Shown here: positions 29,214 to 39,473 of the stretch, one piece after another
Numbering within the stretch: the stretch's first letter is position 1
Layout of the letters: the number at the start of each line of letters is the position of its first letter
Source: Candidatus Wolfebacteria bacterium
Lineage (GTDB): Bacteria > Patescibacteriota > Minisyncoccia > UBA6257 > UBA9933
NCBI GenBank assembly: GCA_016214005.1
Contig: JACRPK010000001.1
Span: 23,823-87,822 of the forward strand
Direction of reading: 5' to 3'
DNA length: 64,000 nt
Notes under the pieces: generated by a model
The model's input: only the letters and a program-made list of their open reading frames with translations
Told to the model about the DNA's origin: nothing
The model's database searches: none
Made by a program: the position numbers and the translations under genes

Positions 29214-29411
29214 ATGAACGGAACTATCAAAACTCTTACAGATAAAGGATTCGGATTCATTACTCGCGAAGGCGAAACAAAGGATTTATTCTTTCATTCT
29301 AATGAGTTAAAGGGTGTGGCGTTTGATGAATTAAAAGTTGGCGATGCAGTCACCTTTGAAGTCATCACTACTGAAAAAGGCCCAGCTGCCACAAACGTAT
29401 CGCGAGCGTAA
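29214..29411 (+). CDS. cold-shock protein (CspA family)
   Basis: 65 aa; NGTIKTLTDKGFGFITREGETKDLFFH (RNP1 KGFGFI, RNP2 FFH). Confidence 0.85.
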   Translation: MNGTIKTLTDKGFGFITREGETKDLFFHSNELKGVAFDELKVGDAVTFEVITTEKGPAATNVSRA

Positions 29412-29423
29412 GCGTCGCTAATA

Positions 29424-29455
29424 AAAACCGCTCCTATCGGAGCGGTTTTTATTTA
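29424..29455 (+). terminator. rho-independent terminator (AAAACCGCTCC-TATC-GGAGCGGTTTTTATTT)
   Basis: 11-bp stem, tetraloop, U-tract immediately after csp stop. Confidence 0.7.
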
Positions 29456-29484
29456 TGCAAAAATTGGTATAATTAAATAAAATT

Positions 29485-30291
29485 ATGAATTATCAGAAAA
29501 AATTTTCGGAAAATTCTTTGCCAAAAACTTCATGGGGAAAAGTCGCAGATTGGTATGATGATTTGTTAAAACAAGAAGGAACCTATCAAAAAGATCTTAT
29601 TTTGCCGAATTTATTGCGGCTTTTAGATATTAAAAAAAACGAAATTATTTTTGATATTGCCTGCGGTCAGGGATTTTTTGCCAGGGAATTTTATAGAGAA
29701 TTTCTTAAAAAAGGCGTTCGCGTTATCGGCTCGGATATTTCCAAAGAATTGATAGCGATAGCCAGGAAAAATTCGCCAAAAGAAATAAAATTTGAAGCTG
29801 CTTCGGCTGACAAGCTTGATTTTTTGGCGGCTGGCAGCGTTGATAAAATTACGATTATTATGGCTATTCAAAATATTGAAAATGTCAGCGAAGTTTTAAA
29901 AGAATGCGAGCGCGTTTTAAAACCAGCTGGAAAATTGTTGATGGTAATGAGCCATCCGGCTTTTCGCGTTCCAAAACAAAGCTCTTGGGGATATGACGAA
30001 AAAAATAAAATTCAATATAGACGCATAGACAGCTATCTTAGCGAGTCAAAAGTAAAAATTCAGATGCATCCGGGCGATAAACCATCGGAATATACGATTT
30101 CATTTCATCGGCCATTGCAGTTTTATTTCAAACTTTTCGGGAAAAATAATTTTTGCGTGAGCCGCTTAGAAGAATGGAATTCAAACAGAAAAAGCCAGCT
30201 CGGCCCGCGCGCCGCGGCAGAAGATAAATCTAGAAAAGAAATTCCATTGTTTATTTTTATGGAAGCGGTTAAGGCGCGCAATAAGATGTAG
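29485..30291 (+). CDS. class I SAM-dependent methyltransferase
   Basis: Motif I IFDIACGQGFFAREF, motif post-I VIGSDIS, Rossmann fold spacing. Confidence 0.65.
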   Translation: MNYQKKFSENSLPKTSWGKVADWYDDLLKQEGTYQKDLILPNLLRLLDIKKNEIIFDIACGQGFFAREFYREFLKKGVRVIGSDISKELIAIARKNSPKEIKFEAASADKLDFLAAGSVDKITIIMAIQNIENVSEVLKECERVLKPAGKLLMVMSHPAFRVPKQSSWGYDEKNKIQYRRIDSYLSESKVKIQMHPGDKPSEYTISFHRPLQFYFKLFGKNNFCVSRLEEWNSNRKSQLGPRAAAEDKSRKEIPLFIFMEAVKARNKM

Positions 30292-30343
30292 ACACGGATA
30301 GATTCTTCATATAAAATTATTTAAAATAACAAATTATAAAAAT

Positions 30344-30625
30344 ATGATTTCACAATTGCCGATTGATTTTAATAAAGTAAAAAAAGAAGATATTGATAAA
30401 GAAATTTTGAGGATTGGCATTATTGCCGAGCTTGATGCTGTCAATCTTTATGAGCAATTAGCCGTCAAAACTGAAAACGAACAAATTAAAAAAGTAATGA
30501 TGAATATTGCCAGGGAAGAAAAAACACATATTGGAGAATTCCAGGCGCTTTTATTAAAATTAGACGCAGAACAAGTTGAAGAACTTAAGCGCGGCCAAAA
30601 AGAAGTAGATGAATTTTCACAATAA
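30344..30625 (+). CDS. small ferritin-like/rubrerythrin-like helical protein (tentative)
   Basis: 93 aa, paired E…ExxH-like segments (AELDAVNLYEQLA … REEKTHIGEF). Confidence 0.35.
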   Translation: MISQLPIDFNKVKKEDIDKEILRIGIIAELDAVNLYEQLAVKTENEQIKKVMMNIAREEKTHIGEFQALLLKLDAEQVEELKRGQKEVDEFSQ

Positions 30626-33281
30626 TTGGCAAACGAAAACTTTATCCGAAATTTTTGAAGAATTGAAAACAAGCGAGCGCGGCCTTGATAAATCGGAGGC
30701 GGCTTTTCGGCTTAAACAATACGGAGCCAATAAGCTTTCGGAGCCAAAAATTGACAGTCTTTTTGTTATTTTTTTTCGGCAATTTGCGAATCCTCTTATT
30801 TATATTCTTCTTGCCTCCAGTCTTATTGTTTTTTTAATGGGAGAGATTATAGATGGCTCAATTATTCTTGCCGTGCTTTTATTCAATGCTATTGTCGGCA
30901 CTATTCAAGAGGGAAAAGCGCAAAATACGTTGCTTGCCCTTAAAAAACTTGTAGAGACAAAAGCCGTTGTTTTGCGGGAAGGAGAAGAATTTATTATTTC
31001 TGATACGGAAATCGTTTTGGGCGATATAATTTTCCTTTCGGAGGGCGAAAAAGTTCCGGCTGATGCGCGGATTATTTTTTCTAATAATTTGAATGTTGAC
31101 GAAGCGGCGATAACCGGCGAATCTGAGCCGGTGTATAAAATTGCGGATATTAAAGCAAAACAAAGCGTGTCGGAAATCTCTCCGGCAAATATGATTTTTA
31201 AGGGGACTCATATCGCTTCAGGAAATGGACAGGCGGTAGTTGTCGCAACCGGAGTTGGCACTATTATTGGAAAAATTGCTAAACAAATTGCCTCTATTGA
31301 TACGGAAATTCCGTTAAGAGCGAATATTCGAAATTTATCGCGGATTATTATTTGGGCGGTTTTAGGAATCAGCGCGGCGCTTTTTGCCGTTGGGATTACT
31401 TATGGAAAATCAATAAAAGAAATGTTTGCCACGGTTGTTTCTCTTTCTGTTTCGATAATTCCCGAAGGCTTGCCGATCGTGGTGACTCTTATTCTTGCGA
31501 CCGGAGTTTGGCGAATGAGCAGACAAAATGTTTTGGTTAAAAAATTACAGGCGGTCGAGTCTCTTGGTCAAGCAAAAATTATTGCTGTTGATAAAACAGG
31601 CACGATTACAAAAAATGAGCTCGTTGTTCAAAAAATATATGTTGACGGAAAAATTTTTGATATTGGAGGCGTTGGTTATGAACCCAATGGTGAAGTTTAT
31701 TTTAACGGGCAGATTGTCGATCCGATAAATCATCCAGAGCTTCTTTTAGCCGGAAAAATTGCCGCATTTTGCGCTGATGCTAGATTGATGTTTTCCGAAG
31801 AATTAAAGGAATGGAAAATTAGCGGCGATCCGACAGAAGCGGCTATGCTTGTTTTTGCGGAAAAACTTGGGATTAAAAAATATTCAATAGAACAAGAAGC
31901 GCCGATTGTCGCGCAAATGCCGTTTGATTATAGGCTCAAATATCATGCTGTTGTTCATGGCGGTGAAAACCCCATGCTTACGGTTGTCGGCGCGCCGGAA
32001 GTAATCTTGGAACTTTCAGAAAAAATTTGGCGTAGTGGTAAAAATCATCCTTTTTCAAAAAAAGAAAAAGAAGAATTAGAATCAGTGTATCTTTCTTTTT
32101 CTGAAACAGGATTGCGGGTTGTCGCTTTGGCTCAAATTAGCAGCGCGCCGAAAATTCTTAAACCCGAAGCTATCCATAATCTTAACTTTATCGGTTTTTT
32201 TGGGATGAAAGATGCGCTTCGTCCGGAAATTTCGGTAGCTATGCGAAAAGCGAAAGAAGCCGGAGTGAAAGTTGTTATGATTACAGGAGATCATAAGACG
32301 ACCGCGCAGGCAATTGCTAAAGAGGCAGGAATTTATCAGGAAGGCGATTTAATAATTACAGGCGATGAAGTTGATAAATTTTCAGAAAGAGAATTATCGG
32401 AAAAAATAATTTATGCGAGCGTTTATGCCAGAGTTAACCCCGATCATAAATTGAAAATTATTAATGCCTACAGAAAACGAGGAGAAATTATAGCCATGAC
32501 AGGCGATGGCGTGAATGACGCGGCATCGCTTGTTGCCGCTGATTTAGGGGTGGCAATGGGAAAAATCGGAACAGAAGTTGCTAAAGAGGCCTCGGATATT
32601 GTTCTGCTTAATGATAATTTTGGGAATATTATTTCGGCGATAGAAGAAGGTCGAAGTATTTATAAAACCATCAAGAAGGTAATTTTGTATCTTTTTTCAA
32701 CGAGTCTTGGAGAGGTGCTTACGATTTCCGGGGCTTTATTTTTGGGTTTACCGCTTCCTGTTTTGCCGGCGCAAATTATCTGGCTTAATTTTATAACAGA
32801 TGGGTTTCTTGATGTGTCTTTGGCAATGGAGCCTAAAGAAAAAGGGCTTTTAAAGGGCAATTTTGAACACTCTCAAAAATATCTTGTTGATAAATTAATG
32901 TTAAAGCGAATGTTTTTTATGGCTTTGCCGATGGCAATAGGCACTTTATTTATTTTTAATAAATATGTTGGCGGCGATATGTTAAAAGCATGGACAATGT
33001 CATTAACCGTTCTTGCTGTTTTTCAATGGTTTAACGCTTGGAATTGTCGTTCGGAAGACAAATCAATTTTTAAGCTTAATCCATTTTCCAATAAATTTTT
33101 AATTGCCGCCACGCTTTTAATTATTTTTTTTCATTCATTGGCGATTTACACGCCAGTTATGCAAAAAGTGCTTCGCACTGTTGCGCTTAATTTTTCAGAT
33201 TGGGTTTTGATTGTTTCAGTTGCCGTATCTATTATTATAGTTGAAGAAATTCGTAAATTTTTGAAAAATTTTAAAAAATGA
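30609..33281 (+). CDS. cation-transporting P-type ATPase (P2-type, Ca2+/cation)
   Basis: 890 aa; DKTGTIT phosphorylation motif, MITGDH, GDGVNDA hinge, 10 TM; 17-nt overlap with upstream gene. Confidence 0.85.
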   Translation: MNFHNNWQTKTLSEIFEELKTSERGLDKSEAAFRLKQYGANKLSEPKIDSLFVIFFRQFANPLIYILLASSLIVFLMGEIIDGSIILAVLLFNAIVGTIQEGKAQNTLLALKKLVETKAVVLREGEEFIISDTEIVLGDIIFLSEGEKVPADARIIFSNNLNVDEAAITGESEPVYKIADIKAKQSVSEISPANMIFKGTHIASGNGQAVVVATGVGTIIGKIAKQIASIDTEIPLRANIRNLSRIIIWAVLGISAALFAVGITYGKSIKEMFATVVSLSVSIIPEGLPIVVTLILATGVWRMSRQNVLVKKLQAVESLGQAKIIAVDKTGTITKNELVVQKIYVDGKIFDIGGVGYEPNGEVYFNGQIVDPINHPELLLAGKIAAFCADARLMFSEELKEWKISGDPTEAAMLVFAEKLGIKKYSIEQEAPIVAQMPFDYRLKYHAVVHGGENPMLTVVGAPEVILELSEKIWRSGKNHPFSKKEKEELESVYLSFSETGLRVVALAQISSAPKILKPEAIHNLNFIGFFGMKDALRPEISVAMRKAKEAGVKVVMITGDHKTTAQAIAKEAGIYQEGDLIITGDEVDKFSERELSEKIIYASVYARVNPDHKLKIINAYRKRGEIIAMTGDGVNDAASLVAADLGVAMGKIGTEVAKEASDIVLLNDNFGNIISAIEEGRSIYKTIKKVILYLFSTSLGEVLTISGALFLGLPLPVLPAQIIWLNFITDGFLDVSLAMEPKEKGLLKGNFEHSQKYLVDKLMLKRMFFMALPMAIGTLFIFNKYVGGDMLKAWTMSLTVLAVFQWFNAWNCRSEDKSIFKLNPFSNKFLIAATLLIIFFHSLAIYTPVMQKVLRTVALNFSDWVLIVSVAVSIIIVEEIRKFLKNFKK

Positions 33282-33520
33282 AAATATCAATAAAAGTAAA
33301 ACCAAGCGCAAAAATTGAAAAAATTGAAAAAATACCCGAACTTTTAATAGGAAAAAATGAAATAGATTTTAAGGTTTGGGTAAAAGAGCCGGCAAAAGAA
33401 GGTAAGGCGAATGAAGCTGTGATTAGAGCTCTGGCGAAATATTTCGGCGTTCCAAAATCAGCCGTAAATATCATTTCCGGCGCCGCGTCAAAACAAAAAA
33501 TTATTGAAATTATAAAATAA
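33278..33520 (+). CDS. DUF167 (YggU/UPF0235) family protein
   Basis: 80 aa; …VKPSAK…GKANEAVIRALAKYFGVPKSAVNIISGAASKQK pattern. Confidence 0.6.
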   Translation: MKISIKVKPSAKIEKIEKIPELLIGKNEIDFKVWVKEPAKEGKANEAVIRALAKYFGVPKSAVNIISGAASKQKIIEIIK

Positions 33521-34230
33521 TGGATAGGGCAAGCGATATTAAAAAATCTTTACGCGGTTTCGCTAACAAAGAAAAAGCGAAAATTCTTGCGCGGTTTTTT
33601 AAAACTGGCAAAGGCGAATACGGCAATAGCGATATTTTTTTAGGCGTTATGGTGCCGCAACAGCGAAAAATCGCGGCTGAATTTAAAAATTTATCTTTCC
33701 AAGAAATTAAAAAACTTTTAAAAAGCAAAATTCATGAGGAGCGACTTACGGGCTTGATTATCCTGGTAAATCAATATAAAAGCGGCAATGAAATTTTGCG
33801 TGAAAAAAATTTTAAATTTTATCTTAAAAATATTTCCTGCGTAAATAATTGGGATTTGGTTGATTTGTCTTGTCGCGATATTGCGGGAAATTATTTAATT
33901 TCGTGTTCAGAAAAAAATAGAAAAATTCTTTATAAATTGGCGAAATCAAAAAATCTTTGGCACAGAAGAATTGCCATTGTTTCCACGTGGGCGTTTATTC
34001 GCATTGGCGATTTTAAAGACGCATTAAAAATTTCCGAAATGCTTTTAAGCGATAAGCATGATTTAGCGCACAAGGCTATCGGCTGGATGTTGCGGGAAGT
34101 CGGAAAAAAAGATGAGCCGACTTTGCGAAAATTTCTTAATAAAAATGTTTCTAAAATGCCGCGGACAACGCTTCGCTATGCTATTGAAAGATTTTCAGAA
34201 AAAGACAGGAAAAAATATTTAATAATGTAA
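33520..34230 (+). CDS. DNA alkylation repair protein (AlkD/AlkC-like HEAT-repeat glycosylase family)
   Basis: 236 aa; NWDLVDLSCRDIAGNYL … WHRRIAIVSTWAF … AIGWMLREVGKKD. Confidence 0.65.
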   Translation: MDRASDIKKSLRGFANKEKAKILARFFKTGKGEYGNSDIFLGVMVPQQRKIAAEFKNLSFQEIKKLLKSKIHEERLTGLIILVNQYKSGNEILREKNFKFYLKNISCVNNWDLVDLSCRDIAGNYLISCSEKNRKILYKLAKSKNLWHRRIAIVSTWAFIRIGDFKDALKISEMLLSDKHDLAHKAIGWMLREVGKKDEPTLRKFLNKNVSKMPRTTLRYAIERFSEKDRKKYLIM

Positions 34231-34241
34231 ATTTTATTTTT

Positions 34242-34580
34242 TTGCATTATAATTATTTAATGATAAGTTTTGATGATTTTAAAAAAGTTGAATTAAAGGT
34301 TGCGAAGGTAATTGAAGCGGAAAGAGTTGGGGGTTCAGAAAAACTTTTAAAACTTCAAGTTGATTTGGGCGCGGAGAAAAGGCAGATTGTAGCGGGCATT
34401 GGCAAATTTTATGAGCCGGAAAATTTAATTGGCAAAGAAATCGTGATTGTAGCCAATTTAGAACCAAGAAATTTAATGGGATTAGAAAGCCGGGGAATGG
34501 TTTTGGCGGCGAGCGATGAAGGCGGGCCGGTTTTACTTTTTCCGGAAAAAGATGTTTTACCCGGAGCGAATATCGGATAA
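34242..34580 (+). CDS. stand-alone tRNA-binding domain protein (CsaA/Trbp111/MetRS C-terminal domain-like)
   Basis: FKKVELKVAKVIEAERVGGSEKLLKLQVDLG…QIVAGI…EPRNLMGLESRGMVLAAS (OB-fold tRNA-binding domain); true start may be ATG 34260. Confidence 0.65.
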   Translation: MHYNYLMISFDDFKKVELKVAKVIEAERVGGSEKLLKLQVDLGAEKRQIVAGIGKFYEPENLIGKEIVIVANLEPRNLMGLESRGMVLAASDEGGPVLLFPEKDVLPGANIG

Positions 34581-34775
34581 AAATTTATTAATGGCTTTCG
34601 GATTGCCAAGCGTTATTTTTGCGATTTTGGGGGCTTTATTTGTATCTTATATTTTGCAGGATATTTTAAAATTTATTTTATAAAATTTTTATAAATATTT
34701 TAGAAAAATTTTATCTCTTATAATTCATAATATATTTAGATTTTTGGAAAAGGTCGAATAAAATAAAACAATATT

Positions 34776-34985
34776 ATGACCAATAAATTAAGCGTATTAG
34801 ATTGGATAGCCTTTATTCTTACAATTGTGGGCGGTGTCAATTGGGGATTAATTGGGGTTTTGAATTTTGATTTGGTGGCGATGATTTTTGGCGCGATGTC
34901 AATTGTCTCGCGAGTTATTTATGTGCTCGTCGGGTTGAGTTCTCTTTATTTAATAGTTATTTGTCCAAAATTGGCTAAACAATAA
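34776..34985 (+). CDS. DUF378 family small membrane protein
   Basis: LDWIAFILTIVGGVNWGLIGVLNFDLVAMIFG matches DUF378. Confidence 0.7.
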   Translation: MTNKLSVLDWIAFILTIVGGVNWGLIGVLNFDLVAMIFGAMSIVSRVIYVLVGLSSLYLIVICPKLAKQ

Positions 34986-34990
34986 ATTTC

Positions 34991-35022
34991 AAAAAGCGCC
35001 ATTATTTTATTGGCGCTTTTTG
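34991..35022 (+). terminator. rho-independent terminator (AAAAAGCGCCA…TGGCGCTTTTT)
   Basis: 11-bp stem + U-tract right after DUF378 stop. Confidence 0.7.
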
Positions 35023-35083
35023 ATTTAATTATTAACAGAATGAAATTTATTGAAAAAATAAAATGTCAAAATAAATTAAAAAT

Positions 35084-35302
35084 ATGGAAAAAAATTTAAA
35101 AACTATAAAGTGTAGCGATTTCGGATTAAATTGCGATTTTGCGATAAAAGATGAAAATATGGAAGAGGTGGTTAAAAGAATTAAAGAGCACGGAATGTCT
35201 GTTCATCCAGAATCCGTTAAACAAATGATGGCCGGAAAATCGGAAGAGGAAATTGATAAAATAATAAAATCAAAAATTAAAGAAGAAAAGTGCGAGTGTT
35301 AA
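35084..35302 (+). CDS. DUF1059 family protein
   Basis: KTIKCSDFGLNCDFAIKDENMEEVVKRIKEHGMSVH matches DUF1059. Confidence 0.7.
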   Translation: MEKNLKTIKCSDFGLNCDFAIKDENMEEVVKRIKEHGMSVHPESVKQMMAGKSEEEIDKIIKSKIKEEKCEC

Positions 35303-35321
35303 ATAAAAAGAAGGTTTTTTA

Positions 35322-35356
35322 ACAAAGCGTCTCTATCGGGGCGCTTTGTTTTTGAT
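35322..35356 (+). terminator. rho-independent terminator (CAAAGCGTCTC-TATC-GGGGCGCTTTG + TTTTTG)
   Basis: 11-bp stem incl. two G-U pairs, TATC tetraloop, U-tract. Confidence 0.55.
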
Positions 35357-35379
35357 AAAAATCATTATATTATTGTTTT

Positions 35380-36837
35380 ATGAAAGAAAAATTTTATATT
35401 ACAACTCCTATTTATTATGCAAGTGGCGCTCCGCATATTGGGCACGCTTTTACTACGATTTTCGCAGATGTTATTTCAAGATATAAGCGTTTGAAAAATT
35501 TTGATGTGTTTTTTTTAACGGGAATGGATGAACACGGCGCTAAAATAGCTGAATTGGCAAAAAAAACTCCGCAGGAATTTGTTGACGAATTGGCTGAAAA
35601 ATATATTGGTTTGTGGAAAGCGCTTGAAATTGAAAATAATGATTTTATCAGAACCACTTCGCAAAGGCATAAAAACGGCGTTTTGAATTTTTTTGAAAAA
35701 TTAAAAGAATCGGGAGATATTTATGAAGGATTTTACGAAGGCCTATATTGTGTTGGGTGCGAGGATTTTATTTTAGAAAGAAATTTGGTAAATGGCTTAT
35801 GTCCTGATCATTTAAAAAAACCAGAGCTTATTAAAGAAAAAAATTATTTTTTTAATCTTAAAAAATATTTGCCGGTTATAAAAGAAAAAATTGAAAAAAA
35901 TAAAATAAAAATTATTCCTGAAAGCCGGAAGAATGAAGCTCTAAACATTTTAAGCGGGGATTTGCCCGATTTTTCAATTACTCGGGAAAAAGTGAAATGG
36001 GGGATACCATATCCTTTTGATAAAAATCAAATTATTTATGTTTGGGTTGAAGCTTTGCTGAATTATATTACCGCTTTAGATTTTTCAATTGATTTTTCTA
36101 GTGGAGAAAAATTAAAAAAATATTGGCCGGCGGATGTTCATATTATCGGAGCGGAAATTAATAAATTTCACACAATTTTCTGGCCGGCTCTTTTGATGTC
36201 TGTTAATTTGCCTCTGCCTAAAAAGATTTTTATTCACGGACTTTTTACGATTAACGGCCAAAAAATGAGCAAGACATTGGGTAATATAATTGATCCGGAG
36301 AAATTGGCTGAAAAATTCGGAGCTGATGCCGTCCGCTATTTTTTGATTTCTCAATTTCCGGCTTCCGAGCATGGAGACATTAAAGAAGGTGGATTTGTTG
36401 AAAAATATAATTCTGATTTGGCAAACGGGATTGGCAATTTGTTCGAACGGACATTCACCATGGCTTTAAAATACGGAGCTGATTTTAAGAGTATTGACGA
36501 GGAAGTCAAAAAAAACAGTGATGAAATTATTAAAAAATATGAATTTCATATGGAAAATTTTGAGCTTTATGAATCTTTGCGCGAAGTTTTTATTTTGGCA
36601 AAATTTTTAGACAGATATTTAAACGATAAAAATCCGTGGACGCTTTATAAAAATAATCCGTCAAATCAGGAGATTTCTAAAATTTTAAATTCTGTTGTTT
36701 TTGGAATAGAGACAATTATTAAAATGCTCAATCCTTTTATGCCGGAAAAAATGAAAAATGCGGAAATTTTTTTGAATAAATTAAAAAATAAAGAAATCAA
36801 AGATGGGGATAAATTGAATTTATTTCCGAGGGTTTGA
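35380..36837 (+). CDS. metG: methionine--tRNA ligase (catalytic core, no C-terminal tRNA-binding domain)
   Basis: HIGH motif (APHIGHAFT), KMSKS motif (KMSKTLGN), class I aaRS; 485 aa. Confidence 0.9.
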   Translation: MKEKFYITTPIYYASGAPHIGHAFTTIFADVISRYKRLKNFDVFFLTGMDEHGAKIAELAKKTPQEFVDELAEKYIGLWKALEIENNDFIRTTSQRHKNGVLNFFEKLKESGDIYEGFYEGLYCVGCEDFILERNLVNGLCPDHLKKPELIKEKNYFFNLKKYLPVIKEKIEKNKIKIIPESRKNEALNILSGDLPDFSITREKVKWGIPYPFDKNQIIYVWVEALLNYITALDFSIDFSSGEKLKKYWPADVHIIGAEINKFHTIFWPALLMSVNLPLPKKIFIHGLFTINGQKMSKTLGNIIDPEKLAEKFGADAVRYFLISQFPASEHGDIKEGGFVEKYNSDLANGIGNLFERTFTMALKYGADFKSIDEEVKKNSDEIIKKYEFHMENFELYESLREVFILAKFLDRYLNDKNPWTLYKNNPSNQEISKILNSVVFGIETIIKMLNPFMPEKMKNAEIFLNKLKNKEIKDGDKLNLFPRV

Positions 36838-36923
36838 TTAGATTTAATCTTTATTATTCGCATTTTGTAATTTTTGTGTTATATTTTTTTAGCTCTTAAT
36901 ATTTTAAAAAAGGGAGGCGCAAT

Positions 36924-37829
36924 ATGGAAAATGCCGCAGATGGAATAAAAATTTATATCCCTGGCGAAAATTTCTACAAAAAGTTAACGCCGTCAAGAAT
37001 GGCATATAATTTCTTCTGGTTTTTATTCATCTGGATTTTTTCAAATAAGGCCGGAGAATTTATTTTTGAAAAATCAAGCGAACATACGCGTTATATTAAA
37101 AAATACGCCAAGAGCCACAAAGCTCTTGAGGCAATGTATTGTTATGGCGGACTGAATTTAAAAAATAAAAATTTGAGGGAAGCTCTTTTTTCTTTTTTTT
37201 GGGAAGAAAGTTTCATCAATGCTCATGCCGCCAGAAATCGTTTAAAACTTGCGAAAAAAGAACTCAAAGACGCTTTTTTAGCTGTTGTCAAAAAGAAAAA
37301 AACCATAAAAGTTTTATCTTTGGCATCGGGTTCGGCAAGGGCAGTCATTGAAACAATGGCAGAATTAAAAAAAGATATGGGAGCGGATGTTAAAATAGAT
37401 GCGCGATTTGTTGATGTCAGCAAGCGGGCGTTGGAATATAGCAGACAATTGGCTGAACAATTCGAAGTTGATAAAAATTGCGTTTGGATTCAATCTCGCG
37501 CAAATGACTTTGGGAATTTTGTATATGGCGGTTGGAAGCCAGATATTGTTGAAATAGTCGGTTTGTTTGATTATTTTTCTGATAAAGATGCAGTTCACAT
37601 CGGAAGAATCATCTATGGGGAATTAGTGTCATGCGGATTTTTTATTTTCAGCAATGTCAATCATAATGCGGAAATGGAATTTATAAAGCATGTTATTGGT
37701 TGGGATATGATTTATAAAACTCCTTATCGGATAGTTCATATCGCCGAACAATCTGGATTTGATAAAAATAAAATTCGTCTTATTTACGAGCCCTTGGAAG
37801 TTCACGGACTTGTAGTGGCGAGAAAATAG
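36924..37829 (+). CDS. hypothetical protein, possible class I SAM-MTase fold
   Basis: 301 aa; VLSLASGSARAV glycine-loop-like segment; strong RBS AGGGAGG upstream. Confidence 0.4.
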   Translation: MENAADGIKIYIPGENFYKKLTPSRMAYNFFWFLFIWIFSNKAGEFIFEKSSEHTRYIKKYAKSHKALEAMYCYGGLNLKNKNLREALFSFFWEESFINAHAARNRLKLAKKELKDAFLAVVKKKKTIKVLSLASGSARAVIETMAELKKDMGADVKIDARFVDVSKRALEYSRQLAEQFEVDKNCVWIQSRANDFGNFVYGGWKPDIVEIVGLFDYFSDKDAVHIGRIIYGELVSCGFFIFSNVNHNAEMEFIKHVIGWDMIYKTPYRIVHIAEQSGFDKNKIRLIYEPLEVHGLVVARK

Positions 37830-37883
37830 TTTGTCGGGCTTTAATGATATGTTATAATATTATTAAAGCTTTTTTATTTTTAA

Positions 37884-39446
37884 ATGAATATCTTAAATAA
37901 TTTTTTTTCTATTTCCGGGGCTATAAATTGCTTTGTTGCTGTTTTATTCGGTATTTTAGTTTTATTCAAAAATCGAAATATTGCCAGCAATAAAATTTTT
38001 TTCTTTTTCGCTTTTTCGGTGGCTTTTTGGTCTTTTGGTTATTGGCGCTGGCTTTTGGCCCAATCCGAACAAAGCGCTATTTTATGGATAAAATTTTTAA
38101 CGCTCGGATCTTTATTTATCCCAACTTTTTATTTTCATTGGTTAATTTCTTTATTAGAAGGAGAGAAAATAGAAAAATATATTAAAAATATTCTTTATAT
38201 TTTGTCGGCGGTATTGACCGGATTTTTATTTTTTTCTGATTTAGTCATCAAAAATGTTGAAGTAAAATTGATTTTTCTTTATTGGCCGAATCCCGGAATT
38301 TTATACGATATTTTTATTGCGGTTTTTACCGGAGTGATAATTTATTCTTTAATTTTTCTTATAAAAAAATATTTTTCAGTTTCTGATTCTTTGAAAAAAC
38401 GTCGAATATTTTTTTTATTGCTTGGATCATTGATAGGTTTTGGCGGAGGGATAACAAATTTTTTTCTTTGGTATAATATCGGGGTTTTGCCGTACGCCAA
38501 TATTTTAGTAAGTTTCGGATTGTTTTTTTGGGCATATTCGGCGTTAAGACATCATCTTTTTGATATCAATATTATTGCTACGGAGCTATTCGTATTTTTT
38601 ATATGGATAGCGATTTTATTTGAAATGCTTATCGTCAATAATTTGAAAGAAAAAATATTTGACGGCGGATTGTTTTTGATAAGCATTATTTTCGGGATTT
38701 TTTTAGTTAAAAGCGTTTTGAAAGAAGTAAATCAGCGCAAAGAAATTGAAAAACTTAATGATTATAAAACAGAACTTTTATCAATAGTGGCGCATCAAAT
38801 TAAAAATCCATTGGTAATTATGAAGGATTATTCTTCTTTGATAGGCGATAAAACAATTTCTGATCCGATAAAAATTCAGGAAGCTGTTTTAAAAATAAAA
38901 AATTCAGCTAATAAGCTTTTGGATTTATTGAATAATCTTTTGGATTTTGGGCGGTTTGAAGATGGCAAAATGCATTATGATTTTGAGCGGATAGAATTGA
39001 ATAAATTATTAAAAAATATTGAAGAAGATTTTATTTTTGCGGCTCAAAGAAAAAATTTAGATTTGAAATTTGAATCATTGCCTGGAGAAATTTTTATCAA
39101 AGGGGATGTTCATAAATTTAATCAGGTATTTAGAAATTTGATTGATAATGCCATTAAATATACAAAAAGCGGATTTGTAAAAATTGAGATGATCGGCGCT
39201 AAAAATGATTCTAAAAAAGAAATTTTGATAAAAATAAGCGATTCTGGCATGGGTATTCAAAAAGAATTATTTGAAAATATTTTTAAAAAATTTGTTAGAG
39301 GGGGAGATGAAAAAGAAATTTTAGGCTCTGGCTTGGGACTTTATATCTGCAAAGAAATTGTTAGCGCTCATAACGGGGAGATTTGGGTAGAAAGTGAAGG
39401 GTCCGGGAAGGGAAGCATTTTTTACGTTAAATTGCCGCTATATTAA
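37884..39446 (+). CDS. sensor histidine kinase with 7-TM N-terminal domain
   Basis: 7 predicted TM helices then HisKA (LSIVAHQIKNPL) and HATPase_c (N-box NLIDNAIKYT, G1 DSGMGI, G2 GSGLGLYI); no adjacent response regulator. Confidence 0.8.
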   Translation: MNILNNFFSISGAINCFVAVLFGILVLFKNRNIASNKIFFFFAFSVAFWSFGYWRWLLAQSEQSAILWIKFLTLGSLFIPTFYFHWLISLLEGEKIEKYIKNILYILSAVLTGFLFFSDLVIKNVEVKLIFLYWPNPGILYDIFIAVFTGVIIYSLIFLIKKYFSVSDSLKKRRIFFLLLGSLIGFGGGITNFFLWYNIGVLPYANILVSFGLFFWAYSALRHHLFDINIIATELFVFFIWIAILFEMLIVNNLKEKIFDGGLFLISIIFGIFLVKSVLKEVNQRKEIEKLNDYKTELLSIVAHQIKNPLVIMKDYSSLIGDKTISDPIKIQEAVLKIKNSANKLLDLLNNLLDFGRFEDGKMHYDFERIELNKLLKNIEEDFIFAAQRKNLDLKFESLPGEIFIKGDVHKFNQVFRNLIDNAIKYTKSGFVKIEMIGAKNDSKKEILIKISDSGMGIQKELFENIFKKFVRGGDEKEILGSGLGLYICKEIVSAHNGEIWVESEGSGKGSIFYVKLPLY

Positions 39447-39473
39447 TATAGGCATTAATGTTTATATAATTTT

